Positions 35,751 through 35,872 of a DNA stretch of 35,872 bases are shown in pieces. The notes below the pieces were generated by a model. It saw nothing but the letters and a program-made list of their open reading frames with translations. It had not been told where the DNA came from and did no database searches. The translations under genes and the position numbers were made by a program. The DNA is from Pseudomonadota bacterium (GTDB lineage: Bacteria > Bdellovibrionota_B > Oligoflexia > Oligoflexales > RGVZ01). Every line of letters starts with the position of its first letter. The stretch's first letter is position 1. The stretch is from NCBI GenBank assembly GCA_041178085.1, contig JBEGVZ010000065.1:1-35872 (forward strand), in the 5' to 3' direction.

Positions 35751-35872
35751 CCAAAGATCCCCCACATTCTGTGCGCCAATTAGCAGATGTCACTTCATGA
35801 CACGGGGGTTTGAGGCTTAGTTTTGGCGCCATGAGTTGGCGCATTCCTTGTCCGTTTTGTTTTACAAAAGCT

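Overview
A densely coded bacterial chromosomal segment (moderately GC-rich). The gene content (orphan Cys-containing lipoproteins, gene styles) is suggestive of Bdellovibrionota/Oligoflexia or a related deltaproteobacterial lineage, but this is inference only. From left to right it holds: a Tat-exported intradiol dioxygenase-family gene divergent from a LysR regulator; an orphan 17-Cys lipoprotein; a split chemosensory cluster (cheA divergent from cheW-mcp-cheB-cheR, no cheY) built around a soluble three-PAS Aer2-like receptor; an ArnT/PMT-type GT-C and a PHP metallohydrolase; an SRPBCC protein; an M64 peptidase; a DEDDh-like/GIY-YIG fusion; a translationally coupled GT4 - GT2 - TMTC-like/TPR glycosylation cassette; a 62-aa low-complexity protein; BtpA; a nitrosocyanin-like cupredoxin coupled to ggt; an internally duplicated orphan lipoprotein; a sucB-lpdA-sucA-M48 operon; and an alpha/beta-hydrolase-fold protein lacking its catalytic Ser. 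I saw no rRNA, tRNA, CRISPR or mobile element. The main leads are the TMTC-like glycosylation cassette, the CheY-less chemosensory system with degenerate receivers, the Met-less (His/Cys/His/His) cupredoxin, and three sigma28-type promoters linking cheA to two orphan genes.
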